Part shown: positions 1-8,590 of the stretch, one piece after another
How the letters are laid out: each line of letters opens with the position of its first letter
How positions within the stretch are numbered: the stretch's first letter is position 1
IMG/VR virus record: IMGVR_UViG_2778261619_000009
DNA length: 23,862 nucleotides
Strand: one strand, 5' to 3'
Source of the DNA: a virus
Lineage: Duplodnaviria; Heunggongvirae; Uroviricota; Caudoviricetes
The notes under the pieces: generated by a model
Database searches by the model: none
Told to the model about the DNA's origin: nothing
Seen by the model: only the letters and a program-made list of their open reading frames with translations
Program-made: the position numbers and the translations under genes

Positions 1-1125
1 CCAGCCTGTTGGCGGCGTTTCTAAAGGCCACGGAACTGGGACACCAACAGGTAATGCAGAGCCTTCTCCCAAACCAAGGTATGCGAGAAGACCAGCAACA
101 TCCTTTCCACTCAAATTAGTCAGCGTATTGTCCAGCGGTTGTTTACCTGCCAGCGCATTAAGCATTGTCGTGGCAAAGTTCGGATCATTCCCCAGTGCCG
201 CCGCCAGTTCGTTCAGTGTATCCAGTGCCGCGGGTGCAGAACCCACCATTCCTGCAATCGCCGATTTCACAAAAGCCGTAGTGGCAATCTGTGTATTGTT
301 GACCGACTGCTCCGCCGTGGGGGCTGTTGGCGTTCCGGTGAGTGCCGGACTCGACAACGGTGCTTTTAGTGCCAGCACATTGTTAATGGTGGTACTGAAA
401 TTCGGATCATTGTTAATGGCTGCGGCTATTTCTTTCAGCGTGTCCAGCGTGGCTGGCGCACCATTAATAAGGGCCGTCAGAGCCGCCTGAACAAACGCGG
501 TGGTCGCAATCTGCGTGGTGTTATTCCCTGCTGCTGGCGTTGGCGCTTTGGGTGTCCCGGTAAACGTCGGACTTTCTTTGGGTGCATACTGTGAATGCGG
601 GTCCGGTGCGGCAAGATGTTTTGCCATCTGATCATCCGCGTACACCTTCAGCTCCAGTGCCTTGTCATCCACATACTTGCGGGTTGCCAGCACTACAGCA
701 GGGTCGATTTTCAGGGTGATATTGTCCGTGCTGCTGGTAATCAGCACCATGCGCACGGTCTGAGTGCGCCCGCTACCTTCAGCCAGTTGCGGCTTATAGC
801 TTTCCGGGCAGTTTCCCACGGCAATCAATGCCCCGGACTCATCAAACAGGCCCACTTCACGTATCCACCAACCGCCCTCGTTTTCAGGGATCACCTGTTC
901 AGCAATAATCTGGCTGCTGTTCTGTGGGTCGATATAGAGCATATTCAGCGCAGCCCGACGTTTCTCATTTACCAGTGCACTCTGCTTTGCGTCCGGCGTC
1001 GGCAATGTTCCGCCACCATCGCCCACCGCCATATGGGTAATTTTTAGCGGCACACCGAGCGCGGCGGCGCTGGCAAGTTTCGCCGCGCCAATATCCGTCA
1101 GCAGGGTATAAAATTTTGTGCTCAT
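1..1125 (-). CDS. H: Tail fibre protein, N-terminal ~375 codons (P2 gpH-like); 3' end runs off the window start
   Basis: Minus-strand frame open from ATG at 1125..1123 (ATGA overlap with gpI stop) to position 1 without a stop, so absent from the ORF track. Hand translation begins MSTKFYTLLTDIGAAKLASAA...HMAVGDGGGTLPTPDA and carries tandem units with NNTQIATTAFV / LDTL.E.AAA..NDPNF motifs, as I recall for P2-family tail fibres. Confidence 0.85.
   Translation of the reverse strand, partial: MSTKFYTLLTDIGAAKLASAAALGVPLKITHMAVGDGGGTLPTPDAKQSALVNEKRRAALNMLYIDPQNSSQIIAEQVIPENEGGWWIREVGLFDESGALIAVGNCPESYKPQLAEGSGRTQTVRMVLITSSTDNITLKIDPAVVLATRKYVDDKALELKVYADDQMAKHLAAPDPHSQYAPKESPTFTGTPKAPTPAAGNNTTQIATTAFVQAALTALINGAPATLDTLKEIAAAINNDPNFSTTINNVLALKAPLSSPALTGTPTAPTAEQSVNNTQIATTAFVKSAIAGMVGSAPAALDTLNELAAALGNDPNFATTMLNALAGKQPLDNTLTNLSGKDVAGLLAYLGLGEGSALPVGVPVPWPLETPPTGW
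133..573 (-). repeat. Two tandem imperfect ~220-bp direct repeats inside the tail-fibre gene (encode ~73-aa fibre repeat units)
   Basis: Protein residues ~185-258 and ~259-331 of the H translation are clearly paralogous (TGTP.APT....NNTQIATTAFV.....APA.LDTL.E.AAA..NDPNF.TT.N.LA.K.PL). The spurious plus-strand ORFs 128..490 and 139..369 are antisense artefacts of this region. Confidence 0.6.
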
Positions 1126-1727
1126 GGATTCACTCTCATTGTGTCAATAACATGGACCGCCCCGCCTTCATGCGCGGTGCCGCCAGAAATAATTGTTTCG
1201 TTGATATACGGATAGATCGTGATTTCTTCGCCAAGATAGCTGGCGGCTCCCACCCAATGCGGGCCGCTGGTCTGCAGATTGATGGACATGCCGATCATGT
1301 GGCGGCTACATGGTTTGGCATCGCTTATCAGTCGCTCAAGTTCCAGATAGGTATCTTCAGTGATGCCCTGGTCCTGCACGCCGATATCCAGGCGAAACGT
1401 GCCCGGAGCCTCTCCGGTCTGCCACCACTCAATAATGCGGATCAGGAATCCGAACGGTTCCACCACCCGCCGCACGGCACTGGTGGTTCCTTTATGCTGA
1501 TGAATATAAAAAGCATCCTTCACTACCTGGCGTTTGACGCTTTCTGTCCAGCCCTCGTCCCAGCGATCCACAGAGAACGCCCAGGCGAGATAAGGCAGGA
1601 AACTGACCGGACAGGTTGCCGGATTCCACAAGTCACGAAGCGGCACCTGCAGATCAGAAATCCCGCTGCAGGTTTGCGCCAGTCGGCGCTCCAGTGAAGT
1701 TGAACCCGGTGGCAGCAGACTATTCAT
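1122..1727 (-). CDS. I: Baseplate assembly protein (P2 gpI-like)
   Basis: 201-aa ORF with ATG at 1727 preceded by GGAGG; motifs LWNP.TCP...LPYLAWAFSVDRWDE and GTFRLDIGV match my recollection of P2 gpI; position between J and H as in P2. Confidence 0.85.
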   Translation of the reverse strand: MNSLLPPGSTSLERRLAQTCSGISDLQVPLRDLWNPATCPVSFLPYLAWAFSVDRWDEGWTESVKRQVVKDAFYIHQHKGTTSAVRRVVEPFGFLIRIIEWWQTGEAPGTFRLDIGVQDQGITEDTYLELERLISDAKPCSRHMIGMSINLQTSGPHWVGAASYLGEEITIYPYINETIISGGTAHEGGAVHVIDTMRVNP

Positions 1728-2628
1728 CCGTTCCTCCGTTGGTTACGCTCCACTGCGTACATGATGCGGCCTGTGTTTTGTTCAGGACCACATCCGCCAG
1801 CGGTGAAGCCAGCTCCACACGTTGAACCCCCTCAACATGCAGCGCGGCAAAAATGGCACTACGGCGAATATCCCGACCAAGCCGCGTCTGACTGGCGATG
1901 TACTTCTGCAGGCTGGCTTTTGCCGCTGCCATTACCGGCTCCGCTTCCGGTCCCGGATAGAGAAAAATGGTGGCTTCCACACGGTACGGGATGATTTCTG
2001 CACTGCGAACCGTCAGACGGTCAGCCACCGGGCGGACGTTCTCACTGTTCAGGGCTTTTTCCACCACATCCAGCAGGTCTTTTTCTGCTGTTCCGTCGCC
2101 TTCGCGGCTAAGGACTGTCAGCACCACCTCTGCAGGTGCCGGACTGGTTGCACTGGCATCCGCCACCCGACCGTCGGCGCTTCGGGCATGAAATTCATAA
2201 GCTGCAGTTGGCCCCGCAACTGAAAGCCCCTCAAAGGCTGCAGGCACACGCAGGCGTAACGCTTCATCGCTTTCCATCACAGCTGCAACGGGCGGCACAG
2301 CGTCATCATCAGCAGGCGTCACCGTCAGGCGTTTCACGTTGTAGTTGGCAGCGAGCTGGTCCAGATCGCCGCCCATCGCGTAAGCCACCATCACCGCCTG
2401 CGCGGCTTCGTTAATGCGCTGGCGCAGAAGCAACTCACGGTAAGCGTTCTCCTGCAGCAATTTGGTGACGGGTTCAGATTCCAGTTCCAGCGTGCGGATC
2501 ACAGCCTCCTGCTCATCTTTCGGATGAAGCGCCACAAATTCTGCCTTGCGTTCGGCAAGCAGCGTCTCAAAGTCCGGCACATCCACAATCTGCGGCGCAG
2601 GCAACTGCGAAAGGTCAATCACTGCCAT
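1720..2628 (-). CDS. J: Baseplate protein (P2 gpJ-like)
   Basis: Track ORF 1720..2667 trimmed to the internal ATG at 2628 (MAVIDLSQLPAPQIVDV..., AGGAG SD upstream), giving 302 aa. Strong resemblance to P2 gpJ throughout (RLGRDIR.SAI.AALHVEGVQRVELA.PLADIVLN). Confidence 0.85.
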   Translation of the reverse strand: MAVIDLSQLPAPQIVDVPDFETLLAERKAEFVALHPKDEQEAVIRTLELESEPVTKLLQENAYRELLLRQRINEAAQAVMVAYAMGGDLDQLAANYNVKRLTVTPADDDAVPPVAAVMESDEALRLRVPAAFEGLSVAGPTAAYEFHARSADGRVADASATSPAPAEVVLTVLSREGDGTAEKDLLDVVEKALNSENVRPVADRLTVRSAEIIPYRVEATIFLYPGPEAEPVMAAAKASLQKYIASQTRLGRDIRRSAIFAALHVEGVQRVELASPLADVVLNKTQAASCTQWSVTNGGTDE

Positions 2629-2974
2629 TCTCTGCTCCTGTTGATACGGAAAGGGACACAGGCACACCGTTATTCCGCCGCCCGGTCAGCTCCACCACCA
2701 TTGAACCGTCAAAATTGCTGTTGATGGTGATGGAATCCAGCGTCAGCCGTGGCTCCCAGCGACTCAGTGCCACATACACAGCCGACATGACCTGCAGGCG
2801 TAACGCCGGATTTTGTGGCTGATCTATTAAAGCCGACAGCAGGGAACCATATTCCCGGCGGGCAATGCGGCTACCCTGCGGTGTCAGTAGAATGTCCCGC
2901 ACCGACTGGCGCAGATGGTCAATATCAGTAATAGCTTTACCGCTGGTATTGTTCATCCCGCTATAAAGCGTCAT
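2615..2974 (-). CDS. W: Baseplate wedge protein (P2 gpW-like)
   Basis: 119-aa ORF, ATG at 2974 with GGAGGT SD, ATGA-type overlap with gpV stop; size and position match P2 W. Confidence 0.8.
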   Translation of the reverse strand: MTLYSGMNNTSGKAITDIDHLRQSVRDILLTPQGSRIARREYGSLLSALIDQPQNPALRLQVMSAVYVALSRWEPRLTLDSITINSNFDGSMVVELTGRRNNGVPVSLSVSTGAENGSD

Positions 2975-3549
2975 ACCGGACCTCCGGTGGTATCGCCGCC
3001 TTTCAGGACGCCAGTATGCTGATGCGCATCAACCACGATCCCGTTAGAACTCATCGCTCCGCCGCCCTGGGTAACGCCACCATTGATCACCACTTCGCTG
3101 TTAATGCGCGTGCGGTCAGCCTCCAGTACAAACTCACTGGTTTTCATGGTGATGTTGTCAGCGGCCTCAATGACCATTGATTTGATGCCCCTGACATACC
3201 AGCGCCCACTGGCGGGTTCGTATTCAAACCAGCCACCGTCAGGATGTTCTGTCACGCAGGCGTCCGCCGACGTCGACGGTGGTGCGAACTGATTCGAATA
3301 GACAGCGGGCAGCGCAAAGGCCGTCTCCAGATTGCCGCCCAGACTCAGCAGCACCACCTGCTCACCTTCCGATGGTTTCCACCATGTGCGGGCATTACCC
3401 GCGCGCAGCGTCAGCCAGTTAATCCAGTTGGTTTCAAGGTCGCCCGTTTTCACCCGGCAAAGCCAGTTTTCCCGGTCCACTTCGGTGACTACACCAGTGC
3501 GGATCAGGTTGGTGATAAGGCGCATGATTTCGGTTAATTGTGCGTTCAT
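2971..3549 (-). CDS. V: Baseplate spike/hub protein (P2 gpV-like)
   Basis: 192-aa ORF upstream of W, ATG at 3549; position and size consistent with P2 V. Confidence 0.8.
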   Translation of the reverse strand: MNAQLTEIMRLITNLIRTGVVTEVDRENWLCRVKTGDLETNWINWLTLRAGNARTWWKPSEGEQVVLLSLGGNLETAFALPAVYSNQFAPPSTSADACVTEHPDGGWFEYEPASGRWYVRGIKSMVIEAADNITMKTSEFVLEADRTRINSEVVINGGVTQGGGAMSSNGIVVDAHQHTGVLKGGDTTGGPV

Positions 3550-3617
3550 AGGGAAAGGTTGCCATCAGGGGAAGAAAGGCGGCAGTGCTGCAACTTGTAT
3601 CAGTGCTGATACAAAGA

Positions 3618-4064
3618 TCACCCCGCCAGCCATTGCAGAATCATGTCGCGGGTCATTGCCTCAACATCATCATTTACACCCAGCAGGCGGCGCTCTGCGT
3701 AACGGACCTCCGGTCCTTTGCGACTGACGCGATCACGCAGGCCGTAATGGTGAACACGGGCAATACGCTGCACCTTGCCTTCAAACTGTACGCTGGCAGA
3801 GTCGGCGCTGGCGGCAGTTTTCAGGTATTTTGTGGTGCGCAACTTTGCAAACATCTGACGTTTGATGCGGCCTTTCTTGCTGCGTGCTGTTACCCTGCGC
3901 GGTTCATAACTGCTGCCATCTGGATTGCGCTGCATCCTGATATTCTGCTGCTGTGTCCGGCGCAGTTCCTGCGCCAGCTGGCGCATCATGCGGCTTCTCG
4001 TGGCTGGTTCCAGATTCGCCAGCAAGGCACTCAGCCAGTCGTCCACCTTCTGCAGTTCAGCCAC
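3618..4064 (-). CDS. S: Tail completion protein (P2 gpS-like)
   Basis: 148-aa ORF starting at GTG 4064 and overlapping the R stop; position R-S-V as in P2. Start codon uncertain (an internal Met pair lies ~26 codons in). Confidence 0.75.
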   Translation of the reverse strand: MAELQKVDDWLSALLANLEPATRSRMMRQLAQELRRTQQQNIRMQRNPDGSSYEPRRVTARSKKGRIKRQMFAKLRTTKYLKTAASADSASVQFEGKVQRIARVHHYGLRDRVSRKGPEVRYAERRLLGVNDDVEAMTRDMILQWLAG

Positions 4065-4509
4065 GTTTCACCGTCCACATTTCTTCAGGTTCATCGGGTT
4101 CTGCTACAGCTTCAACGCTCGACACACTGCCGTCAGTACTGACCAGCACACGTTCCGTCAATTGCAGGTTAAGGCTGATATCACAGACATCGTTGCGCAA
4201 AATATCCACCTCAAAGGTGAATAGCTTTTCCCGTAACGCCGGGTTATTGATGGCATCGGGCTGGTTATCCCGAAGCCACAGTAAAACCGGGGCCATCAGC
4301 AGATTCTGGTCGCCGCTGAAATCCTCTATCACCACGTTCAGGGTATAGCGGTACTCCCATGACATGGAGCTGGCCCCCGTGGCAACCAGCGAACCGTTAT
4401 CCACAAACAGATGCAGTTTGTCCGGGTTATTGCGGACATAAGGCACCGCTTTATTGAGGGCGTGGCGCAGGGATTGTGGTTTGTTCACTGTTTCGCTCCT
4501 GACACGCAA
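4057..4509 (-). CDS. R: Tail completion protein (P2 gpR-like)
   Basis: 150-aa ORF between the lysis cassette and S; size and position as P2 R. Confidence 0.75.
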   Translation of the reverse strand: MRVRSETVNKPQSLRHALNKAVPYVRNNPDKLHLFVDNGSLVATGASSMSWEYRYTLNVVIEDFSGDQNLLMAPVLLWLRDNQPDAINNPALREKLFTFEVDILRNDVCDISLNLQLTERVLVSTDGSVSSVEAVAEPDEPEEMWTVKRG

Positions 4510-4741
4510 TAATCATGTCCACTTTGTCTGCACAGACCGCCCAGGCGGCCTCCGTTTCATCCAGCAACGCGTTCAGGCCACCGTTAGTGCGCGGCGCTGC
4601 CTGTCCCAGCCGACACGGCGTCACTCGCGGACAACCACTGACGGTAAGCTGCACCTCCGGTGAGTGTGGGGCGTTCCCGCAGCCGGATAATGTCAGCAGG
4701 CAAAGGTGTATCAGCCCAGCGGCGTAAATCCTCGTTCTCAC
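4451..4741 (-). CDS. lysC: Outer-membrane spanin lipoprotein (P2 LysC / Rz1-like)
   Basis: 96-aa ORF beginning inside lysB in another frame (GTG at 4741) and extending past its stop; N-terminus ...LCLLTLSGC is a lipobox-type signal; overlap arrangement typical of Rz/Rz1 and P2 lysB/lysC. Confidence 0.6.
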   Translation of the reverse strand: MRTRIYAAGLIHLCLLTLSGCGNAPHSPEVQLTVSGCPRVTPCRLGQAAPRTNGGLNALLDETEAAWAVCADKVDMIIACQERNSEQTTIPAPRPQ

Positions 4742-5012
4742 GTTTCAGTTCCTCAATCCGGTGTTGTCGTTGTCTCAGCAGTACACTGGTCTGTTCTGCT
4801 TCGGCATAGAGCCGCGCCTGCTCCCGGTTATTGGTTTCAGTCAGAATGGACAGGCTGATAAGCTGGCTATTGCTCTTTGCCAGTGCCTGGCTTTTGCTCC
4901 GAAGCTCGTCTGCCTGCGTGCTGATGGTCTGGCTGGCATCAGCCAGCCGCCACGTCTGCCAGCCCAGCGCCGCCAGTAATAACGCCAGCACAACCAGCAG
5001 CAACCGGTTCAT
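4584..5012 (-). CDS. lysB: Inner-membrane spanin (P2 LysB / Rz-like)
   Basis: 142-aa ORF, ATG at 5012; N-terminal TM segment (LLLVVLALLLAALGW) followed by a long charged, coiled-coil-like stretch; position after lysA. Confidence 0.7.
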   Translation of the reverse strand: MNRLLLVVLALLLAALGWQTWRLADASQTISTQADELRSKSQALAKSNSQLISLSILTETNNREQARLYAEAEQTSVLLRQRQHRIEELKRENEDLRRWADTPLPADIIRLRERPTLTGGAAYRQWLSASDAVSAGTGSAAH

Positions 5013-5386
5013 GCTGATACCTGTTGCGCCATCTGATTACGGGTGATCCAGAAGGCAATAACGGTCAGTAGATAAAAGACCAGGGTAATAGCCCACCCCG
5101 TCCAGGCGAGACTTACGACAATCAGCAATCGCATCACCCAGCTGATAAATACGTTTTCTTTTCGGGTAATTGTCTTCAGCAAAGATGCCCTCAACTCCTG
5201 CCAGAGCGGGCCATTCTTAATTAACGCAGCCAGTGCTACCGGAATTACCGCCCATATCAGTAAACAGGCTACCCAAACGCCGGACGCTGCCAGTACCGGA
5301 AAAATCCCCTGGGGATACACCATTGCTGCGATTAACAGCGCCATCCATAACATCAGAAACAGCCCGCTGATTAATTTCTTTTTCAT
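5009..5386 (-). CDS. lysA: Lysis-timing membrane protein (P2 LysA-like)
   Basis: Track ORF 5009..5458 trimmed to ATG at 5386 (MKKKLISG..., GGGAG SD), giving 125 aa with about four hydrophobic helices; avoids overlap with K. Confidence 0.6.
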   Translation of the reverse strand: MKKKLISGLFLMLWMALLIAAMVYPQGIFPVLAASGVWVACLLIWAVIPVALAALIKNGPLWQELRASLLKTITRKENVFISWVMRLLIVVSLAWTGWAITLVFYLLTVIAFWITRNQMAQQVSA

Positions 5387-5387
5387 T

Positions 5388-5900
5388 TCAGTTTGCTCCC
5401 TGTAAACACCAGGCCATCTCCCGCGCACGGCGGTTATCCAGCCCCTGATTAAACACACCTTTCACATACACCCAGCGCGGCAACTGTCGGCACGCATCCG
5501 CCCAGCGCCGCTGATTGAGTAATTTCACCAGCGTGGAACTGCAGGCATTGCCCGTTCCCACGTTGAAGGCAAACGACACCGCAGCGTCATATACCTTCTG
5601 CGGCGGCTGTTGTTTCACACACCTTTCCAGCGCCCGCTCCACACGCAGCACGTTGGAAATCAGTCCTTCTGCTGCCTGTCGTTCCGTAATGGTTTTGCCG
5701 GGAATGACGCCTGACGTGTTACCAATGCCGTCGGTCCAGACGCCCGCGCTGCACTGATACGGCTGCAGACGACAGCCTTCGTAATCGGCAATCAGTTTCA
5801 GCCCCTCCACGGAGGTGTGAAGCTGCTGAAACCCCGGCAGCGTGGCAGCAATAGCCAGCACGGCCCCGACAAGGCAGCGTTTAACGATTGATGGATTCAT
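5388..5900 (-). CDS. K: Endolysin, T4-lysozyme-type (GH24-like) with N-terminal SAR (signal-anchor-release) segment
   Basis: 170-aa ORF; N-terminal hydrophobic stretch VKRCLVGAVLAIAATLPGF followed by a catalytic E...D...T pattern (ADYEG / VWTDGIGNT) and FNVGTGN motif, as in SAR endolysins of the P21 R type. Confidence 0.8.
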   Translation of the reverse strand: MNPSIVKRCLVGAVLAIAATLPGFQQLHTSVEGLKLIADYEGCRLQPYQCSAGVWTDGIGNTSGVIPGKTITERQAAEGLISNVLRVERALERCVKQQPPQKVYDAAVSFAFNVGTGNACSSTLVKLLNQRRWADACRQLPRWVYVKGVFNQGLDNRRAREMAWCLQGAN

Positions 5901-6096
5901 AGTCCTCCCGCGAGATCTGCCCGTCGCGCAGAAGCTGGTAGGCTTTGTGTTTGTAGTACCAGTTGATAGCCAGCATCAGCACACCAATCATCAGGCCGCC
6001 CAGCGTTGAGGCATCCTTGATGGACAAATCGCCCAGCCAGGCCAGCACAACGGCGATGCAGTACGTGATAAAGGCGCTGATTCGCTCAAGCGTCAT
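5881..6096 (-). CDS. Y: Holin (two TM helices; pinholin-like)
   Basis: 71-aa ORF immediately upstream of the endolysin, two hydrophobic helices and a charged C-terminus; occupies the P2 Y position. Confidence 0.65.
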   Translation of the reverse strand: MTLERISAFITYCIAVVLAWLGDLSIKDASTLGGLMIGVLMLAINWYYKHKAYQLLRDGQISREDYESINR

Positions 6097-6099
6097 AAT

Positions 6100-6303
6100 T
6101 CAGTCCCATAGCTGGACGGTCTGCACGGTGGTGGTGGTCGGAATGTCCGGCAGCTCCACCTGCAGCCCGTGAGGTAAAAAGGGGCCATATTCGGCAAGCC
6201 CCGGATTTGCCTTCAGTACCTGCTCCGTGACACCCTGCGTGCGCCCGTAATGACGCCAGCAAAGCGCGTCCACCGTGTCATACTGATGCGCACGCACTTT
6301 CAT
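6100..6303 (-). CDS. X: Tail protein X (P2 gpX-like)
   Basis: 67-aa ORF, the same length I recall for P2 X, between L and the holin. Confidence 0.75.
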   Translation of the reverse strand: MKVRAHQYDTVDALCWRHYGRTQGVTEQVLKANPGLAEYGPFLPHGLQVELPDIPTTTTVQTVQLWD

Positions 6304-6767
6304 CAGATAAGCTCCACTGTGCAGTGCGGCGCATCCTGCACCCGGCTGATAGCCCAGCGGGCGTCACGCCACAAATCACCGCTGGATTCCGCCAGTTCCT
6401 CGCCTCGCTTCACACCGGATGCCGTGGCGTCATAGTCCTGGTATCGTTCGTTGAGCATGGCGCGTGCCCAGCAGTAAACCGCGTTGAAATAGTGCTGAAT
6501 GCGCTCACTTTTGCCGTCCAGCTGTTCCGCCGGAACCTCAGCCAGCGACACATACCCCAGCATCTGCTGACGTCTGCGAAACTCATACAGCTCTGCGTTG
6601 ACCTCCGAAATTGCCGACAGCGCAACCTGCTTTAAACGCGGCTGCGTCACCGTGCCGTCAGTGCGCATGACACTGCGAAACTCCGACAGGTCCACATCAG
6701 GCCAGAACGGCGTATTTCTGATGATTTCCGCCTGTTCCGGTGCCTGTTCTGGCGCAACAAACTTCAT
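6303..6767 (-). CDS. L: Head completion/stabilisation protein (P2 gpL-like)
   Basis: Track ORF starts at GTG 6830; trimmed to ATG 6767 (MKFVAPEQ...), which has an AGGAGA SD that the longer frame would translate as ...SGESS. Position after M as in P2. Confidence 0.75.
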   Translation of the reverse strand: MKFVAPEQAPEQAEIIRNTPFWPDVDLSEFRSVMRTDGTVTQPRLKQVALSAISEVNAELYEFRRRQQMLGYVSLAEVPAEQLDGKSERIQHYFNAVYCWARAMLNERYQDYDATASGVKRGEELAESSGDLWRDARWAISRVQDAPHCTVELI

Positions 6768-6862
6768 GCTGCTTTCTCCTGAAATAGAGGGCGGTGGACG
6801 GGGTTTTGATGTGGCAGTGCCTTTCGCCACCCCGTGCCGCCCGTGCGCGGGGGCACGTTCTG

Positions 6863-7513
6863 TCAGCGGCTGTCATTGCGCAGTCTGCGCTCCAGCTGCT
6901 GTTTGTCTTTTTTCACGCCACAGCGGGGATCAAGCTGTAACGCATGGTTGAGATGATTAAGGGCGGAAGCCGGATTGCTTTCACTCAGGACAGCGCCAAT
7001 CGCTTTATGCAGACGCGCCCGTGACTGGTCCGGCATATCCAGACCGTCTGTCAGCTCCAGCGTCTGCAACAACAGATCGGCATCAAAGCCGGTGGCGGCA
7101 AGCATTGCGCTCTGCGCGGCGTCTGCCATTTCCTCTGCCAGCACGGTCTGCACGTTGCGGTTACCCAGCGGCATCACCCAGCCATGACGCAGGGCATGAC
7201 GCCCGATCTCCAGCGCCCCGGCATAATCTCCGGCATCAATGCGCCACAGCATCACGTACATCAGCACGTCATCCTGTTGAGCGCCTCCGGCAGCCAGGAC
7301 ACCCTCTGCCCAGGCGGCGTACTTCGGCAGCAGCTCCACCTTGATTTCCGCTTTTTTGACCGTGGACTGAACGCCCTTGAGACGGCGGCGGTCTTCCGCC
7401 AGTTGCAGCAGCATCAGGTCATAGCCCGATGCGTGGCGAACACTGCCGCCCTCGCGGGCGGCCTGTTCAGCCTGAACGCGCAGGCGATGCTGCCGTGCGG
7501 GACTCAGGCTCAT
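6863..7513 (-). CDS. M: Terminase small/endonuclease subunit (P2 gpM-like)
   Basis: 216-aa ORF; motifs RHA.GY..ML..LA.D...LK and DD.LM.VMLWR.D.GD.AGALEI..YAL matching my recollection of P2 gpM. Confidence 0.85.
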   Translation of the reverse strand: MSLSPARQHRLRVQAEQAAREGGSVRHASGYDLMLLQLAEDRRRLKGVQSTVKKAEIKVELLPKYAAWAEGVLAAGGAQQDDVLMYVMLWRIDAGDYAGALEIGRHALRHGWVMPLGNRNVQTVLAEEMADAAQSAMLAATGFDADLLLQTLELTDGLDMPDQSRARLHKAIGAVLSESNPASALNHLNHALQLDPRCGVKKDKQQLERRLRNDSR

Positions 7514-7516
7514 GGA

Positions 7517-8575
7517 TTACGCTCCGGTTTCGGCTGCGGCGGCGCTGAAATCACCAATCTGGATGTTTTCCACCAGTGCGGCGCAGCGGTAGTCCTCAAC
7601 CACATAGGCTTCATTAACGGATTCAAAGTTTTCAATCCGGTCACGTTTCGGGTTGTCGATAACTGAACGGCGGCGGGTGTCTTCCTGCCAGTAGATGGAC
7701 AGGTTATCCAGACGGGTGATCAGCAGCGCATTCGGCGGGAAGAACGGCGCACGCACGGCCTGCAGGCCACCCATGCGTTTCTGGCTGATGATCATATCGG
7801 CAGCCAGTTTTTCACTGTTTTCCTGCTCTTTGTTGACCAGCGGGAAATACTTGTCAGACAACAGTTCACGACCGCAAATCACCACCAGATCGTCATCGTC
7901 CTGGTAAACCACGTCGATAAGCTCATTGACGGCATCCATCACCACAGCGTCCAGGTTGGCATATTCGCCACCTTTCCCGACTTTCACCGCACCCGGAGTG
8001 GTTTCACCGCCCGTGGTGGTGCTGCCCATGACGTGATCCGGTGCATCCTCACGGATTTTCTGCAGCCAGCCTTTGTTCACATCCTGCAGCAGCGGGTTTT
8101 CACTACGGTTGGAGGTTTTCGCACGCTTCACGCCGTTAAAGCCGATCATGATGCGGTCCAGTGCCTGACGTTTCACGATGGCGTCACGGATACGCACCTG
8201 GAAATCCTGAAACTTCGCCCACAGGTCCAGCTTCGCGTAGGTCAGCACCGTGTCAAAGTTGGTCTGCTCGCATTTGTATTCCACATCGACCATCAGCGTC
8301 GGATCGACAGGTTCACGCTCTTTCGCGGTGGTGTCAGTGGTTCCGGCAATGGTGCTGCCAACACCCAGCCCCAGCAGCTGACCGGACTGCTCAGTCACTG
8401 GCGTGACGTTAATCAGCGTCAGGAAAGCGGCGGACTGCTGGATCTGGTCTTCCAGCGTCTGCTGCACAGACGGCTCTACAGTGAACTTGCTGGACAGTTC
8501 TTCAACTGCCACACCGTTCAGACGTGCCAGTTGCTGCAGGTAAGCGTTAAAAGCAAAGCGGGTATTCTTCTTCAT
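7517..8575 (-). CDS. N: Major capsid protein (P2 gpN-like)
   Basis: 352-aa ORF between O and M, GGAG SD; size matches P2 N (~357 aa). Confidence 0.85.
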   Translation of the reverse strand: MKKNTRFAFNAYLQQLARLNGVAVEELSSKFTVEPSVQQTLEDQIQQSAAFLTLINVTPVTEQSGQLLGLGVGSTIAGTTDTTAKEREPVDPTLMVDVEYKCEQTNFDTVLTYAKLDLWAKFQDFQVRIRDAIVKRQALDRIMIGFNGVKRAKTSNRSENPLLQDVNKGWLQKIREDAPDHVMGSTTTGGETTPGAVKVGKGGEYANLDAVVMDAVNELIDVVYQDDDDLVVICGRELLSDKYFPLVNKEQENSEKLAADMIISQKRMGGLQAVRAPFFPPNALLITRLDNLSIYWQEDTRRRSVIDNPKRDRIENFESVNEAYVVEDYRCAALVENIQIGDFSAAAAETGA

Positions 8576-8590
8576 CAGGTTTGTGCTCCA

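Noticed and set aside
128-1047. Plus-strand ORFs 128..490, 139..369 and 595..1047
   Set aside because: Antisense to the tail-fibre gene H, whose minus-strand frame is open across the whole region and shows clear P2-fibre motifs; repeat-rich GC-biased sequence generates long spurious antisense frames.
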